Shown piece after piece: positions 1 through 16,581 of a stretch of 64,000 bases of DNA. The translations under genes and the position numbers were made by a program. The notes below the pieces were generated by a model. That model saw nothing but the letters and a program-made list of their open reading frames with translations, ran no database searches and had not been told where the DNA came from. The stretch spans positions 4,278,001 to 4,342,000 of the forward strand of contig CM120646.1 in NCBI GenBank assembly GCA_051362555.1. The letters are read 5' to 3'. Source of the DNA: Lingula anatina. Lineage: Eukaryota; Animalia; Brachiopoda. Numbering within the stretch: the first letter of the stretch is position 1; each line of letters opens with the position of its first letter.

Positions 1-743
1 GCACATTTTTTATTTTCAAGCAATATAACACACTTTCAAATGGTCCGTTTTTCTCGTAGTGACTAAGTGAAATTTTAGCACAAAATTTAGTCCAATACTT
101 GGTTGTGAATTACAATCTGGTGCCAGCAATATTGGTTTTAATATTGGTTTAGGAGACACGTGCCCTAAATTACGTTCCATTTAACATTGCTAATTCTTCT
201 ATGATATTTCTTCTCTTTAAAGTTTTTTCGTCAAATTGCACATCAAACAGATAAAAAACATGAAAGGAAACGTACATCTCGTCAAATGACTTCACAGTGA
301 GTATGGCTGAGGGAATTTCTTGTGACGATATCTAACTTTGTTTTAGGTTTTCTCGGATTCTTTCTAGTACAGCAAATTAAAAACCGGACTGGTGTTATAT
401 ACAAGGGGATATACAAATCGACTTTTTAAAATATGCCAATTTGTGGGAAATCAAAAATTCACAAACGAAGACATAACTTTGTGAAAAACATCCATCCCAG
501 CTGATTTGCGAACTTGATGTGTATTGTGAGTTTGAGAACATTTACGTTGATATCAACACAGTTCTATTTCACTGTCCTAAATTACCTTCACCAAAAGTCA
601 CAAAGATAAGCTCAGTGTGATACTTGACCTCCTCATGTCAAACCTTGTCGAAGTTTTCTGAACAAGCACGCTGTTGTTATTTAACTGGGTAAACACGGAA
701 GTAATTCAGCTCGGGGACAAAGTTGAGGTCAGCAGCGTTCAAA
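1..743 (+). promoter_or_regulatory. Conserved upstream/promoter block duplicated in front of each Ig gene (also ~5350-6046, ~12540-12893, ~18640-19022)
   Basis: Alignable sequence in all copies, e.g. aaacacggaagtaa...ggggacaaagttgaggtca...gcagcgttcaaaATG. It contains a CGGAAGT ETS-like core and an AGGTCA half-site. Function is inferred from position only. Confidence 0.55.
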
Positions 744-3700
744 ATGGGCGACAAACTGCGGGCACTGTGGGTTTACCTGGTTTGCTGCCACCAGGGTAAG
801 ATTTACATGGGATTTATGAGTTAGATAAGTTAGCTGCACTAAAAACACTACTGGAAGCAAACAGAAGCTACTTATGCCAAGTATTCCAAGGTGCAGTTTA
901 CACAGAGATACAGCTGCGAAGACTATCGAGATCATTTGGAGACCTCTTTCCAGCTCCTAATCAATTGAGGACCACTTTCTAGTGAGAAGGGGACTACCCA
1001 CGACGTACACTGGACTCTCTCTGAGAGTCGTGTGGTAGGAATGGAAGTCCGGGCTCCCATATGATCAGTATAGTATAGGTTACGGTTAGTCGGTGTATTA
1101 GAGTAAGTATATGGGACGGGTGTTACTTGTACAATATAATGGTGAACGGACTGCGATACCTAGCGGACAACCATTCCTGCCACAACGGTCGCATCCGAGA
1201 TTGCGTTTGCTATTTTTTCTTAATATCGGGTAGATCGTGTTGATTTGTTGATGTTTCAAAATATAAAATAAATTCTCTTTCAGTTCTTACGTTTGACGTG
1301 ACAAAATCTGGACAGACGTATATCAGAGCAGGATCACAGACCACGTTGACATGTCAGTGGACACCACCAGCTGGAATTGGTCCTTTGAGAGTAAACTGGA
1401 GACAAGGTTCTACAATAATAGCAACTGCTGTCTTACCCAGCTTTACACCACAGTATCCTGACACAAGTGTAAAGGACCGTGTAACACTGGGCACTCTAAC
1501 CTCTACAAGTACCAGTACATCAATAACATTAACAAGATTACAGTGTCCAAATGATATAGCTGTGTATACCTGTGATATCACAACTGATGCACTACAAGAC
1601 GACAGTGGAACAGCAAGTTTCAACGTTAATCTATTTTGTAAGTGTTATGTAAAATATATCACGTTTACATGTATAATTATTTAGCGTGATCACATGTGAT
1701 ACTCCGGTAGCATAAAATAATGTCAGCCGTACATGAACGATAAGCTTTTTGATTCCATTTATACGGTTTTAATATCATATTTGGAAAATAAGTTAACATA
1801 TTTCAGTGAATGATTCATGTATATTGTAGTAACGGGATGTAGAATGCTTGATGTTTTGTTTCGTAAATTCAGAACGATTGGTAAAGTGCCTTTTGAAAGT
1901 AAGTAACTTAATTTATTTTGCTATTCCAAATTAACAAGGTTTTGTAAAACGATTTTTTTTCTAAAGTTTTCATTGGAAACGACATCGTGATCATATCCTC
2001 ACCAAGTCAGCTGCAAGCAGGACAGCATGCTTCCCTGACTTGTACAGCCAGTAATATTGGGCGACCACCAGGCATCATGAAGTGGCAAAGAGACTCTCAA
2101 GAAATCAGCACTGGATTTACTCAGCAGACAAGTATCAATAGTGATAATTGTACCTATGATGGAGTTAGTATTCTGAGTATTACACCGACATCCCAGGATA
2201 ATGGAGTTATTTATAAGTGTGTTGTTGACCCAGATGCTACAGTGATTGGAGACTCCAGAAAGGAAGGAAGGTATACACTGGATGTACAATGTTAGTATTC
2301 CGCTGTGTCTTAAGATTTGTCTCTATACTGTTATTGTAAGAAATATATATATAATTTTTGATTGTTATTTCCTCTGCGTTATCCACAAAGGACTTGCATT
2401 ACACATTGTTTATCATCTTTCGTTTGATTTATTATTATTTGTAATATTTTCGCTGTCTCCTTAGATTTTCGTTTTGTAAAACACTTAATTCTTTTAATAT
2501 TTCTGTCCACATTTTTTAATTTTATTTATCAATGTGTTGCATATTTCAGACCCAGTGCCACAGGTGCCAAGGGTGACATCATCCACTGGTACATTTACAG
2601 TTGAGCAGGGAACAACTTTTACTCTCAACTGTCAGGCAAGCGGCAATCCAAGTCCAAGCTATGTGTGGACCAGTCCGGATAATACCAACTCTACTGGCTC
2701 TCAGCTTGTGCTGACACTGTCCAATACTGGACCTTATGTGTATACTTGCTTTGCCACCAACAGTTTGACAACATCGCCATTGCCAACAGCTGTCACAGTG
2801 ACAGTACAAGGTAGGTGCTATATCAAAATTCAAACCATGGAAAAGTTGGTCACCCTTTATGAAATATCTCCAGGTTTTTGTTATTGGTATTTGTGTTTAA
2901 GAAGGGATTCGTTAAAAAACAGAGTTCCAGGGGACCCCTAGTGCTGCTGTCTCCATCTGTTGCATTGAGAGATAAAACTCAAAGCAGAACAAAGCAGAAC
3001 AAAGATAAGCGTTATTACCAGACATCCAGGCAAGGTCTTCGCAGTCACCAAGGTGCTCATACCTTTATCACGCCGTGAAATGTTCCATAACTAAAAAAAA
3101 TCTGCCACGAGTGAAATCCACGGCCCCCATGTAAGTCTAGAAATTTACGTTTTGAGCATGGTAACAATTGTCTGAACGGTTGCGGTTGTTTCCTCTCATT
3201 TTTAAATTGCAAATGTGATGATTTAGTGACTAACATGACTTAGTAAAAATGGAAGCCGTTTGTTTTATTAAACTTACAACCAATTGATCCAATTTCTTAT
3301 TGTCCTATGCTTTATAGAGAAAACTACTACATCAACAACAACATCCACGACAACATCAACGACAACATCAACGACACCAGTAGCAGTAGCATCATCAACA
3401 GACACACTTACATGTACAGGAGGCAAGGGTCTACATAGCACAGGTAATAGGTTGGGCTGAAAAGAGATATGTGTTTAATCTTTGACCCAAAATACAATGG
3501 ATCAAATGTTTTAAAACGTATTTGGAGTACTTTGATGCAAAATGTCCTTTTTGTTGTGTTGTTCAATTTGGTGCTGTTTTGCGCCAATGTGTCTTTTTAT
3601 TTCAAGATTTTGTATCTCTAAGGCGTGTTGGTTGGCGCAGTTGTGGCAGCAGTGGTGATAACATTTGGGGTCGCGGTTGCTTTATTCGTCCTGTATCATG

Positions 3701-4318
3701 TGAGTAAAAAAATGTACAGTTACATTTTTATTCCACTTTAGTTTTCTGGTAAGAAAATACATGAGTTATTTCATGATGGTGCAAAAGTTATTAAGATTTA
3801 TTGACACGATCGTATAAAATATATTCAAGAGAAGATACATAACTAAAGCAAAAGTTTTTCAGACTTGTGTGAACATTTTGTTATGCAATAGATGTATCAT
3901 TGACATTTTTCGTTTGTAGAGGAGCATGGTGCATAGATTTCGGAAGAATAGACAATCTGCTGACACTGTTGAAGTGGAAGTTACGGAAGGCAACAATGAA
4001 TACGCCGTGCTAGAAAGAAAACCAGATGTTAATGAGGTATATTAGATAGAATCTTAACTTTGTATTACTAAACCAAAAAAATTGAATTCATCTGGTCTTT
4101 TGCTCACTGTCCTATTGTTGGACTCCTGACTTTTATTGGATGGAGAAATACATGTGATATATGTGGGTCTTTTATTATTTGACAGTAAGCTGCCATGAAA
4201 CACCTTGCGTCTTGCAAAAATATTTCATTTTTTATCCACACGTTTATTTCAGCCGGATCACACTTACGCAGCACTTCAAGGAAAGATGGCGTCATTCAAT
4301 ACACCACCAAGAAAATAA
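744..4318 (+). CDS. Ig-superfamily type I membrane receptor, copy A (V-C2-I Ig domains, Thr-rich stalk, TM, kinase-less tail with two YxxL motifs), ~458 aa
   Basis: Exons with GT-AG boundaries and continuous frame: 744-795 (MGDKLRALWVYLVCCHQ), 1284-1637 (TLTCQW...DIAVYTC), 1967-2290 (LTCTAS...GVIYKC), 2550-2810 (LNCQASGNPSP...YTC), 3318-3443 (EKTTTSTTT...), 3623-3699 (GVLVGAVVAAVVITFGVAVALFVLYH), 3920-4036 (...NEYAVLERKPDVNE), 4253-4318 (PDHTYAALQGKMASFNTPPRK*). Ig and TM exon lengths match the paralogs. Confidence 0.88.
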
Positions 4319-4922
4319 CTAGGAGAAGTTCCCAGGACAGTAAACGAACGCAACATCTACATCATCTTCACTGGACCGAAGAACGTCAATTCCTCGACTG
4401 GACAACGAACAGAATTAGAAAGAAAACTAATGTGTTAGATTTCAAAACGCTGATGTTAACAGCTGACATTAAAACGGGTTCCAGTCTGTCCAAACCTCCA
4501 AGCTAACAATTCAACGAAAGAACAGCGTATTTTGATAGTGATTTTGTCGAAAACTGGAACTGTTTATTTGAGCTCAAACGCCAAAAGAGTCCTGGTCCGA
4601 CCAATGTTCAGTCAAAATTATTTCGGAGGCTGCCTGTTCTTAATTTGTGTGAGAAGAAATTATATTTACGGCAAACGGCTGTAGGTATTATCACTCACAT
4701 TTTAAGTTTATTAACATTCGCTTTCGCTTTCATATTATTTATTTCATGATATTACCGAGGGTTATATTAAACAAGGACAGTGTCGAGTGTACTACGGAGA
4801 AAAGGACACAGTGAAAGATACACGGCCTCCGTAGCCTCAATGATTTTGGCAAGCTTAAACTTTTTAAAATCGTAAACTCGTAGGCCGTATTATTATGATA
4901 GATGACATTGCACAGTTCCCGT

Positions 4923-5083
4923 GAGGGCATGATCGAGATACGGGGCCATGGAATCGAGACACTTTTGCACGTGCGCAAGCGTCTCGATTCCATGGCCCCG
5001 TTTCTCGAAATAGAATCGGTTATGGAATCGAGACACTTGCGCACGTGCGCAACATAGCGAACCTTTCGAGATACGGAGCCCTG
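4923..5083. mobile_element. Truncated non-autonomous DNA element (same family as 17166-17517)
   Basis: Internal inverted repeats (catggaatcgagacac / gtctcgattccatgg). Ends in tcgagatacggagccctg. Shares gcgcaagcgtctcgattccat with 17184-17204. Confidence 0.55.
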
Positions 5084-6098
5084 CTTTTGTCAATAAATGT
5101 TTTTTCTATCTTTTGGGCAATAAGCTGAAGGACTTTATTTACTTGGCAATTAATATGTATTTCTTTGGACATGTCCTGTGCTTTTAAAATTGAGCAGTGA
5201 TAAAACGATAATGAAGAATGACCACATCAAGTTCGAGAAATGCAAATATCTACGGTTCCCAACCAAGTAACAACATGTATCTGTAAAGTTTTTTTCGTGC
5301 TGTTGGTGGACAGAGCATTAAATTTGTGCAATTTCGACAATCAAGCGATATATTACACTTTCACATGGCCCGTTTTTCTGGTAGTAACTAAGTTAACATT
5401 TAGCACAAAATTAAGACTTGGTTGTGAATTACGACCTAGTGCCAGGAATTGGTTTTAATTTTGGTATAGGAGATACGTGCCCTAAATCACGTTCCATTTA
5501 ACATTGCTTATTCTTCTATTATATATGTTCTCTTTAAAGATTTTTTTAGCCAAAATTGCACATCAATGAAAAATAGATAAAAACCATGAAAGGAAACGCA
5601 CATCTCGTCAAATGAATTCATAGGAAGTATGGCTGAGGGAATTTCTTGTGATGATATCAAACTTTGGTTTAGGCTCTCTCAGATGCTTTCTAGTACAGCA
5701 AATTAAAAACCGGACTGGTGTAAATATCCAAGGGGATACAAACCGACGTTTTATAATAGGTCACCTTGTGGAAAAGCAAAAATTCACAAACAAAGACATA
5801 ACCCTGTAAAAAAATATCCACTCCAGCTGATTTTCGGGCTTGAGGTGTATTGTGAGTCTGAGAATAACACAGTCCTAAACTACCTTCACCAAAAGTCACA
5901 ACGATAAGCTCAGTGTGACAGTTGACCTAATGTCAAACTTAATCAATGTTTTCTAAACAGTCACGCTGTCGTTAGGTGAGTGATAAAACACGGAATTAGT
6001 ACAGTTTGAGGACAAAGTGAAGCTCAGTTGACACGAAGCGTTCAAAATGGGCGACAAACTATATAATATTGCGAGAGTACTGTTGGCATACCTGGTTT

Positions 6099-6386
6099 CA
6101 GGGCCGTAGCCTCCGGGGGGGCAGGGGGGGCAGCTGCCCCCCCTGGGATTTTAGGTGTAAAAGAAATAATCGCAAATGCAAAATGAGCCCACAATTTCTG
6201 ACTTCTGATTGAGCAATAAATAATAGTTAAAATGCACCAGAATGCAGTATTATACATACAGTTTTTAAAATTTTTCCACACCGTGGGAGGGGGGCAACCC
6301 CTCCCACCCCCCCCCCCCCTCAGGGGCATCGCCCCCTCGTATCCGCTTACTGCCCCCCCTGGCATTTTGCTCAGGCTACGGCCCTG
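6099..6386. mobile_element. MITE inserted in the signal-peptide exon of copy B
   Basis: Perfect 13-bp TIRs CAGGGCCGTAGCC / GGCTACGGCCCTG. Target duplication GGTTT. The empty site is visible in the paralogs (tacctggtttgctgcc). Confidence 0.93.
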
Positions 6387-6567
6387 GGTTTGCTGCCACC
6401 AAGGTAAGATTTACGTGGAATTTATGGGTTAGATACAGTATCTGGAAAACAGAGGCTACTTATGCCAAATATTCCACTGTGCAGTTTTCGCAGAATGCGA
6501 TTCCTAGCGGACAACCATTCCTGTCACAACGGTCAAATCCAATATCGCGTTTGCTATTTTTTCTTAA

Positions 6568-7130
6568 CCCTCATCCACAAGGAAATGGAACCCTACGTAA
6601 ACCCTGAAACCGGGCCTCGGAGGCCCGGTGTACCATGAAAATCTGACTCCCCTAAAATGTGACTCCCCAGTCAGATTTTCATTATGAAAATGCGACTCCC
6701 CAGTCAGATTTTCATAAAGAAAATCTGACTCCCCCTATGAAATATTGACTCCCCCCCCCCCCCCCAAAAAAAAAAAAAACATTCATAAATCTCATTTAAT
6801 TTGAGTAAATGACAATGATCTTGTAGTATGCATAATGGAGGACACATTGGCACTTTTTGTAAGTGTGAAGGTGAAAATTTTCATGAAAAAATAAAAAATT
6901 AAAGATTTTTAATTTACCACCCAAGGACTCCCCTATGAAAAAGCTATTTATTTGACATTTGATGACCATTTCAACATCTTTCCTTTTAGGAAACTTTATG
7001 AAGTTTATATTGGAAGTACGTGAAAGTTTGATGGTAAAAAATTGTGTGAAAAAAAAAACACATGAAAAATGAGAAAAATTAAAGATTTATATTCTAACAC
7101 CCAATGATTCCCCTATGAAAAAGCTATTTA
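6568..7130. mobile_element. One-ended TTAA-flanked (piggyBac-like) element with subterminal repeats, at the deletion that removed the Ig exons
   Basis: Begins TTAA|CCCT exactly where intron homology ends. Contains direct and inverted copies of atgaaaatctgactcccc (6635-6755) and a ~60-bp duplication (6885-6950 / 7065-7130). No second end is seen. Confidence 0.55.
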
Positions 7131-7838
7131 CCCTGTATGTGTATACTTGCTTTGCCACCAACAGTTTGACGATAACACCATTGTCAACATATGTCACAGT
7201 GACAGTACAAGGTAGGCGGTGCATAACATATATACATATATAATCAATTTTTGAATTAAAATAGACGGAGAAAATCTTCAAATCAGCCTTCTTTCATCAG
7301 AACTTTACCTTGTGATACATGTGTTTTTTCCACCACATTTTAATGTAACAATGATGTGAAAATCAGTTCATAACATCCACTGCATTTGACGAAAAATATT
7401 TTAAAAAGAAACAATTTTAACACTTTATTTAACTAAAAAAGAAAAAAGATAAGGAAGAATGAAAGTAAGAAGAAAGAAAAAATAAAGAAATTAATCAAGA
7501 GGGATACATTGTGAATTGCAGTTTATTACCAAGGTATACCGCATCCAAAACCATTTAGAAAATTCCAATAAAAATTGTCACGACTAAAATACACTAGTCC
7601 CCATCCAAGTCTAGAAATTCAGAATTCAGAAAAGGTTTGTGCATGGTATCGATTCTTTGAACGGTTGTCGACAGGAACTAGGTACGTTTTTGATTAAAGG
7701 AAAAGTGCTGAAATTCCCTTCCTTTCAACGTGCAGATGTAATGACCTAATGACTGAAATGATTTAGTCAAAATGGAAGCCGTTTGTTTTATAAAACATAG
7801 CCAATTGATCCAATTTCTTGTTGCCCCATGCTCGATAG

Positions 7839-11753
<3,915 letters not shown>

Positions 11754-12893
11754 ACTACTGACTATGTCAAGTTTTTTTTTTTGTACAATATGTATATGCT
11801 CAACGACAAACTTATTTGGTAGATTGTTTGTTTGTTTGTGTATTTATTTATTTATTTATTTTTTTTTGGGGGGGGGGGGAGCACTAATTCAAAAACACCA
11901 GAATTGGATTTAATTCAAATGTTATTTATTACCATTGGTGAGAGTTTTCCTGGGAGAAAACACCGCGAAGTCATTCGCCAAGCCAAGCAAGTACCACTAT
12001 GACGTAACAAGTCTACTGGTACACATCAGTGCATTTTAGTTTCAAAGACTTTGGCTTATTTCACTTATGTGCTTCTTTGGCGTCCACCCTAGTTAAACAT
12101 GCAGATATGTTAATAGATGCACAATTTTTTTGAATTATTGAAGAATAAACCACTTTATAGATCTGCATTTTTTAAAATGATTGTTTTGATATTCATTGCA
12201 ACACTTAACGCTACGAGGCGAGTTTGAAAAGTATTCAAGGGACCTTCTCGCTTCCCATGCCTTTTTAAAGAAAGAAACTGTTAGAATTTATGTTTAAAAA
12301 GTATGATGATCTGAATAAAAAAATATCACTAAAACTAATGATAGTTGATTATTTTATGATATTTTTTGTATTTGAAGGTTCTGATCCAAAATTTTGCATG
12401 CATATAAAACACTAAAAGACAACAAGGTATGCATGCCTCGTCAAATAACTTCATATTTAGTATAGTTGAAGAAATATTGTTTTTGTTATCTCGGCTGGCT
12501 TCCATTACAGCAAATTTAAAACAGGACGCGGACATAAAACCGCCTTTTTAAAATGAACCAATTTGTGTAAAGGCAAAGACTCACAAAGAAGGGCATAACT
12601 CAGCGAAAATTAAAATATCTTTTCCAGCTGATTTTCGAACGTGAGGCGTATTGTGAATTTGGCAATAGATTTTTATGTTGATATCAACGCAGTTCACTAT
12701 CACGGTTCCATTGCTCTATTCTTTCTACAGCACGAGTCGTTAAGCTCAGCGCCGCAGTCAAGGTGAAATTTAGCTTCCTTACGTCAAATAATAAGTTTTC
12801 TCAACAAACATGCTGTTGTTATGTAAATGGTTAAACACGGAAGTAATGTAACTCGGGGACAAAGTTGAGGTCAGTTAACACGCAGCGTTCAAA

Positions 12894-15800
12894 ATGGGCG
12901 ACAAACTACATAATATTGTGCGGGCACTGTGGGTTTACCTGGTTTGCTGCCACCAAGGTAAGATTTACGTGCAATACAAGGACTGGATACGTCAGCTGTG
13001 CTTGAAACAAACCATGGCCATGGCCACTACTTCAAAATCTGAGATCCGCCTTTTAATCAAAATTACTAAGTTGGTGCGCGGAACGCCCTTGTTTATGTCC
13101 CGTTCACTCCGTGCTGCCACCCGTTTAACAGGGAATTTGTCCCATCCACGACCACTACGATGGTCTGTGGCGGGGTTTTTAGTTAAAACAGATTTTAACA
13201 AAGGATGAAACAATTCACAACAGGTTACTAATACTAGTTGTTACACTTGAGACCTGTTTTACTAAAGAAAGTTGGTGTTAAATTTATGTTAAATTTAGAT
13301 TCGACTCTTTCAGTTTACTTTTACCGAAGATGAACAAAAGACGCTCCCAGGAGGGGAGACCCTTCCCAAGGCAACGCAATTCAATGACCTGAAATATTGG
13401 GCTTGTTTTGTCAAATAAAAAAGCAGCTGTTTTTCAGACAATTGACCTAATCTTTAACACTAGTATCAGTATTTGCCCGAATTATTCTTTTGTAATATCG
13501 ACCCTTGGTTTTCTAGTAATCATCGGATTTTCCACATCCCCACAGTATGAAGTTAGGCCCTAGCCTATCAAACGTAAACCACATTTATTTCGTTGCATTT
13601 CTTATGAATAGTAAAAGGGGGTCCGATCATTTGCACTTAATCAAACCTGATCCACCTTTCGCTAGTCCATTTCCTTTAATCCGAGGTTACGTTTACTTAG
13701 ATTTATGTCGAATGTAAACAATTTTTGATTGTTCGGGCTATTGTCATGCACCTATTTTGTCCAGGTTTTAAAAAATTATTTCACTTGCAGTACTTTCTTT
13801 TGACGTCACAAAATCTGGACAGACATATGTTCAAGCAGGATCACAAACTACGTTGACATGTCAGTGGACACCACCAGCTGGGCTTGTACTTCTCAGAGTA
13901 AAGTGGAGACAAGGCTCTACAGTAATAGTAACTGCCATAATACCTAGCTATACACCACTGTATCATGACACCAGTATAAAAGACCGCGTGGCACTGGCCA
14001 CTCTCACCTCCACAAGTACCAGTACATCAATAACATTAACAGGATTACAGTGTCCAGGTGATATTGCAGAGTATTCATGTGAGGTGCTTACAACTTCAAT
14101 AGTAGACGATATTGGAACAGCGAGTTTCAACGTCAGTCTCTTTGGTAAGTGGAATAATAAAGACGTTTTCATGTAGTTCTTTCGCATAAAATAATGTTCT
14201 ACACACATACAAGATAGGCTGTTTAGTTACTTATATATTTGGATAATTATATATTTATGTCTTATTTCGAAAATTAGATATCAAGTTTTAATGAATGTAG
14301 TTACGGTATATTGAATGATTGACGCCTTTTTCGTGAAAACTGAATGAATAATTAAAAGAAGTCATTTTAGTTCATCTCATTCTCAAATTTGCAAGATTTG
14401 TGCGACGATTATTACTTTTCTAGATTTCCTGGGATATAATATCACAATCACATCCTCACCAAGTCAGATACAAGCAGATCAGAAGGCCTTCCTGACTTGT
14501 ACAGCCAGTAATATTGGGCGACCACCAGGCATCATGAAGTGGTACAAAGCCGACCAAGAAATCACCACTGGATTTACTCAGCAGACAAATATCAATAGTG
14601 ATGGTTGTACCTATAATGGAGTTAGTATTCTGAATATTACACCAACATCCCTGGATGATGAAGTTATGTTTAACTGTGCTGTTGAACCAAACTCTACAGT
14701 GATTGGAGACTCCTCAAAGCAAGGAAGGTATACACTGGATGTACGATGTAAGTATTTCATGTCTTTAAATTTATGTAAAAAGTGTCACCGGATAAAAGGT
14801 GCCAATTTTATTAATAACCATTAAGTTTTAAATCGCATTTAATTAGTTCATTGATGTTACCCAGATAGACTTTGACAGAAGAAATTTGTATTACACAATG
14901 TTTTTCATATCTTTAATCTTTGAGTTGAGAAACAAGAATAATGTTATTTTTCATTGTTTGTAGCATATTCCATGCCTCTGTATAAATAGTTTCAGTGATA
15001 GTGTACATGTTATGCTATGTTATGTGGTAAAACATAAAGTCATTTTCATTTGAATGTTTAATTATCTGGAATATTTTGTTCATTATATCTCAGACCCAGT
15101 GCCAGAGGTGCCAACGGTGACATCATCCACTGGTACATGGACAGTTGAGCAGGGGGCAACTTTTACTCTCAACTGTCAGGCAAGCGGCAATCCAAGTCCA
15201 AGCTTTGTGTGGACCAGTCCAGATAATACCAACTCTACTGGCTCTCAGCTTGTGCTGACACTGTCCACTACTGGAAATTATTTGTATACTTGCTTTGCCA
15301 CCAACAGTTTGACGACAACACCATTGTCAGCAGGTGTCACAGTGACAGTACAGGGTAGGTGTTATATCAAAATTCAAATCATGGAAAAGTTGGTAACGCT
15401 GTATGAAATATCTCCAGGTTTTTTATTGGTATTTGTGTTTAAGAAGGGGTTACTTGATAAACAGAGTTCCAAGGGACCCGTAGTGCTGCTTTCTCCATCT
15501 GTTGCATTGAGAGATAAAACACAAAGCAGAGCAAAGATAAGCATTGTTACCAGACATCCATGCAAGGTCTTCCCTGTCACCAAGGTGCTCATACCTTTAT
15601 CACACCATGAAATGTTCCACAACTAAAAAAAACGTGAAACGAGTGAAATCCATGGTCCCTATATAAGCCTAGAAATTTAGAAATCAGAATACGGTTTGAG
15701 CATGGTAACAATTGTCTAAACCGTTTCGGGCAGAACATACCATTTTTATTAAGGGAAAAGTGCTGAAATTTCCTTTCCTTTTTAAAGTGCAAATGTGATA

Positions 15801-16581
15801 ATTTAGTGACTAACATGACTTAGTCAAAAATGGAAGTCGTTTGTTTTATTTAACTTACAGCCAATTGATCCAATTTCTTGTTGTCCTATGCTTGATAGAG
15901 AAAACTACCACAACATCAACAACAATATCAACGACACCAGTAGCAGTAGCATCGTCAACAACTGACACACTTACAGGAGGCGAGGTTCTACATAGCACAG
16001 GTAATTGGCGGGGCTGAATGGAAATATGTTTAAGCTTTGACCCCAAATATAGTGGATTAAATATTTTAAAACGTATTTGGAGTACATAGATGCAAAATGT
16101 TCTTTTCGTTGTGTTGTTCAATTTGATGTTGTTTTGCGTCAATGTGCCTTTTTATTTCAAAATTTTGTATCTCTAAGGCGTGTTGACTGGTGCAGTTGTG
16201 GCAGCAGTGGTGATAACATTTGGAGTCGCGGTTGCTTTATTTGTCCTGTATCATGTAAGTAGAAAAAAGTACAGTTATATTTTTTATTCTACTTTAGTTT
16301 TCTGGTAAGAAAATACATGAGTTCTTTCATGATGGTGCAAAAGTTATTAAGATTTATTTACACGATCTTTTAAAATGTATTCAAGATACATAACTGAAGC
16401 AAGAGTTTTTCAGACTTGTGTGTACATTTTGTTATGCAATGGATGTATCATTAACATTTTTCGTTTGTAGAGGAGCATGGTGCATAGATTTCGGAATGAT
16501 AGACAATTTGGCGACACGCTTGAAGTGGATGTTATGGAAAGCAACAATGAATACGTCGTGCTAGAAGAAAACCATATATAA
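12894..16581 (+). CDS. Ig-superfamily membrane receptor, copy C (V-C2-I, stalk, TM, short tail with one YxxL), ~430 aa
   Basis: Exons 12894-12957, 13791-14144, 14424-14747, 15094-15354, 15899-16000, 16178-16254, 16471-16581. A 1-nt loss relative to copy A gives NEYVVLEENHI* (TAA 16579-16581). The homolog of the last exon starts at 16805, after the stop. Confidence 0.85.

Larger units (their letters stand above)
6047..7211 (+). pseudogene. Degenerate 5' half of copy B: signal-peptide exon split by a MITE, Ig exons deleted, only the 3' tail of Ig3 exon retained
   Basis: ATG GGC GAC AAA at 6047 matches the other leaders. The leader is interrupted at 6099-6386 (in-frame TAG inside the insert) and resumes with TGC TGC CAC CAA G|gtaag at 6403. 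Intron-1 homology to copy A stops at TTAA 6564-6567. Homology resumes at ~7135 with YVYTCFATNSLTITPLSTYVTVTVQ|gt, which has no acceptor site. Confidence 0.85.

Noticed and set aside
4195-4506. 103-aa ORF, and 16784-17063 ORFs, after the Ig genes
   Set aside because: Wrong frame relative to the spliced exon or downstream of the stop; 3' UTR.
6042-6432. Gly/Pro-rich ORFs on both strands
   Set aside because: They fall within the MITE's G/C runs and are not genes.
6635-6755. Short regularly repeated units resembling a CRISPR array
   Set aside because: Eukaryotic context, mixed orientation and no unique spacers; these are transposon subterminal repeats.
12958-13208. Extension of the 104-aa ORF beyond the leader of copy C
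   Set aside because: Intron read-through past a conserved gtaag donor; not conserved in the paralogs.
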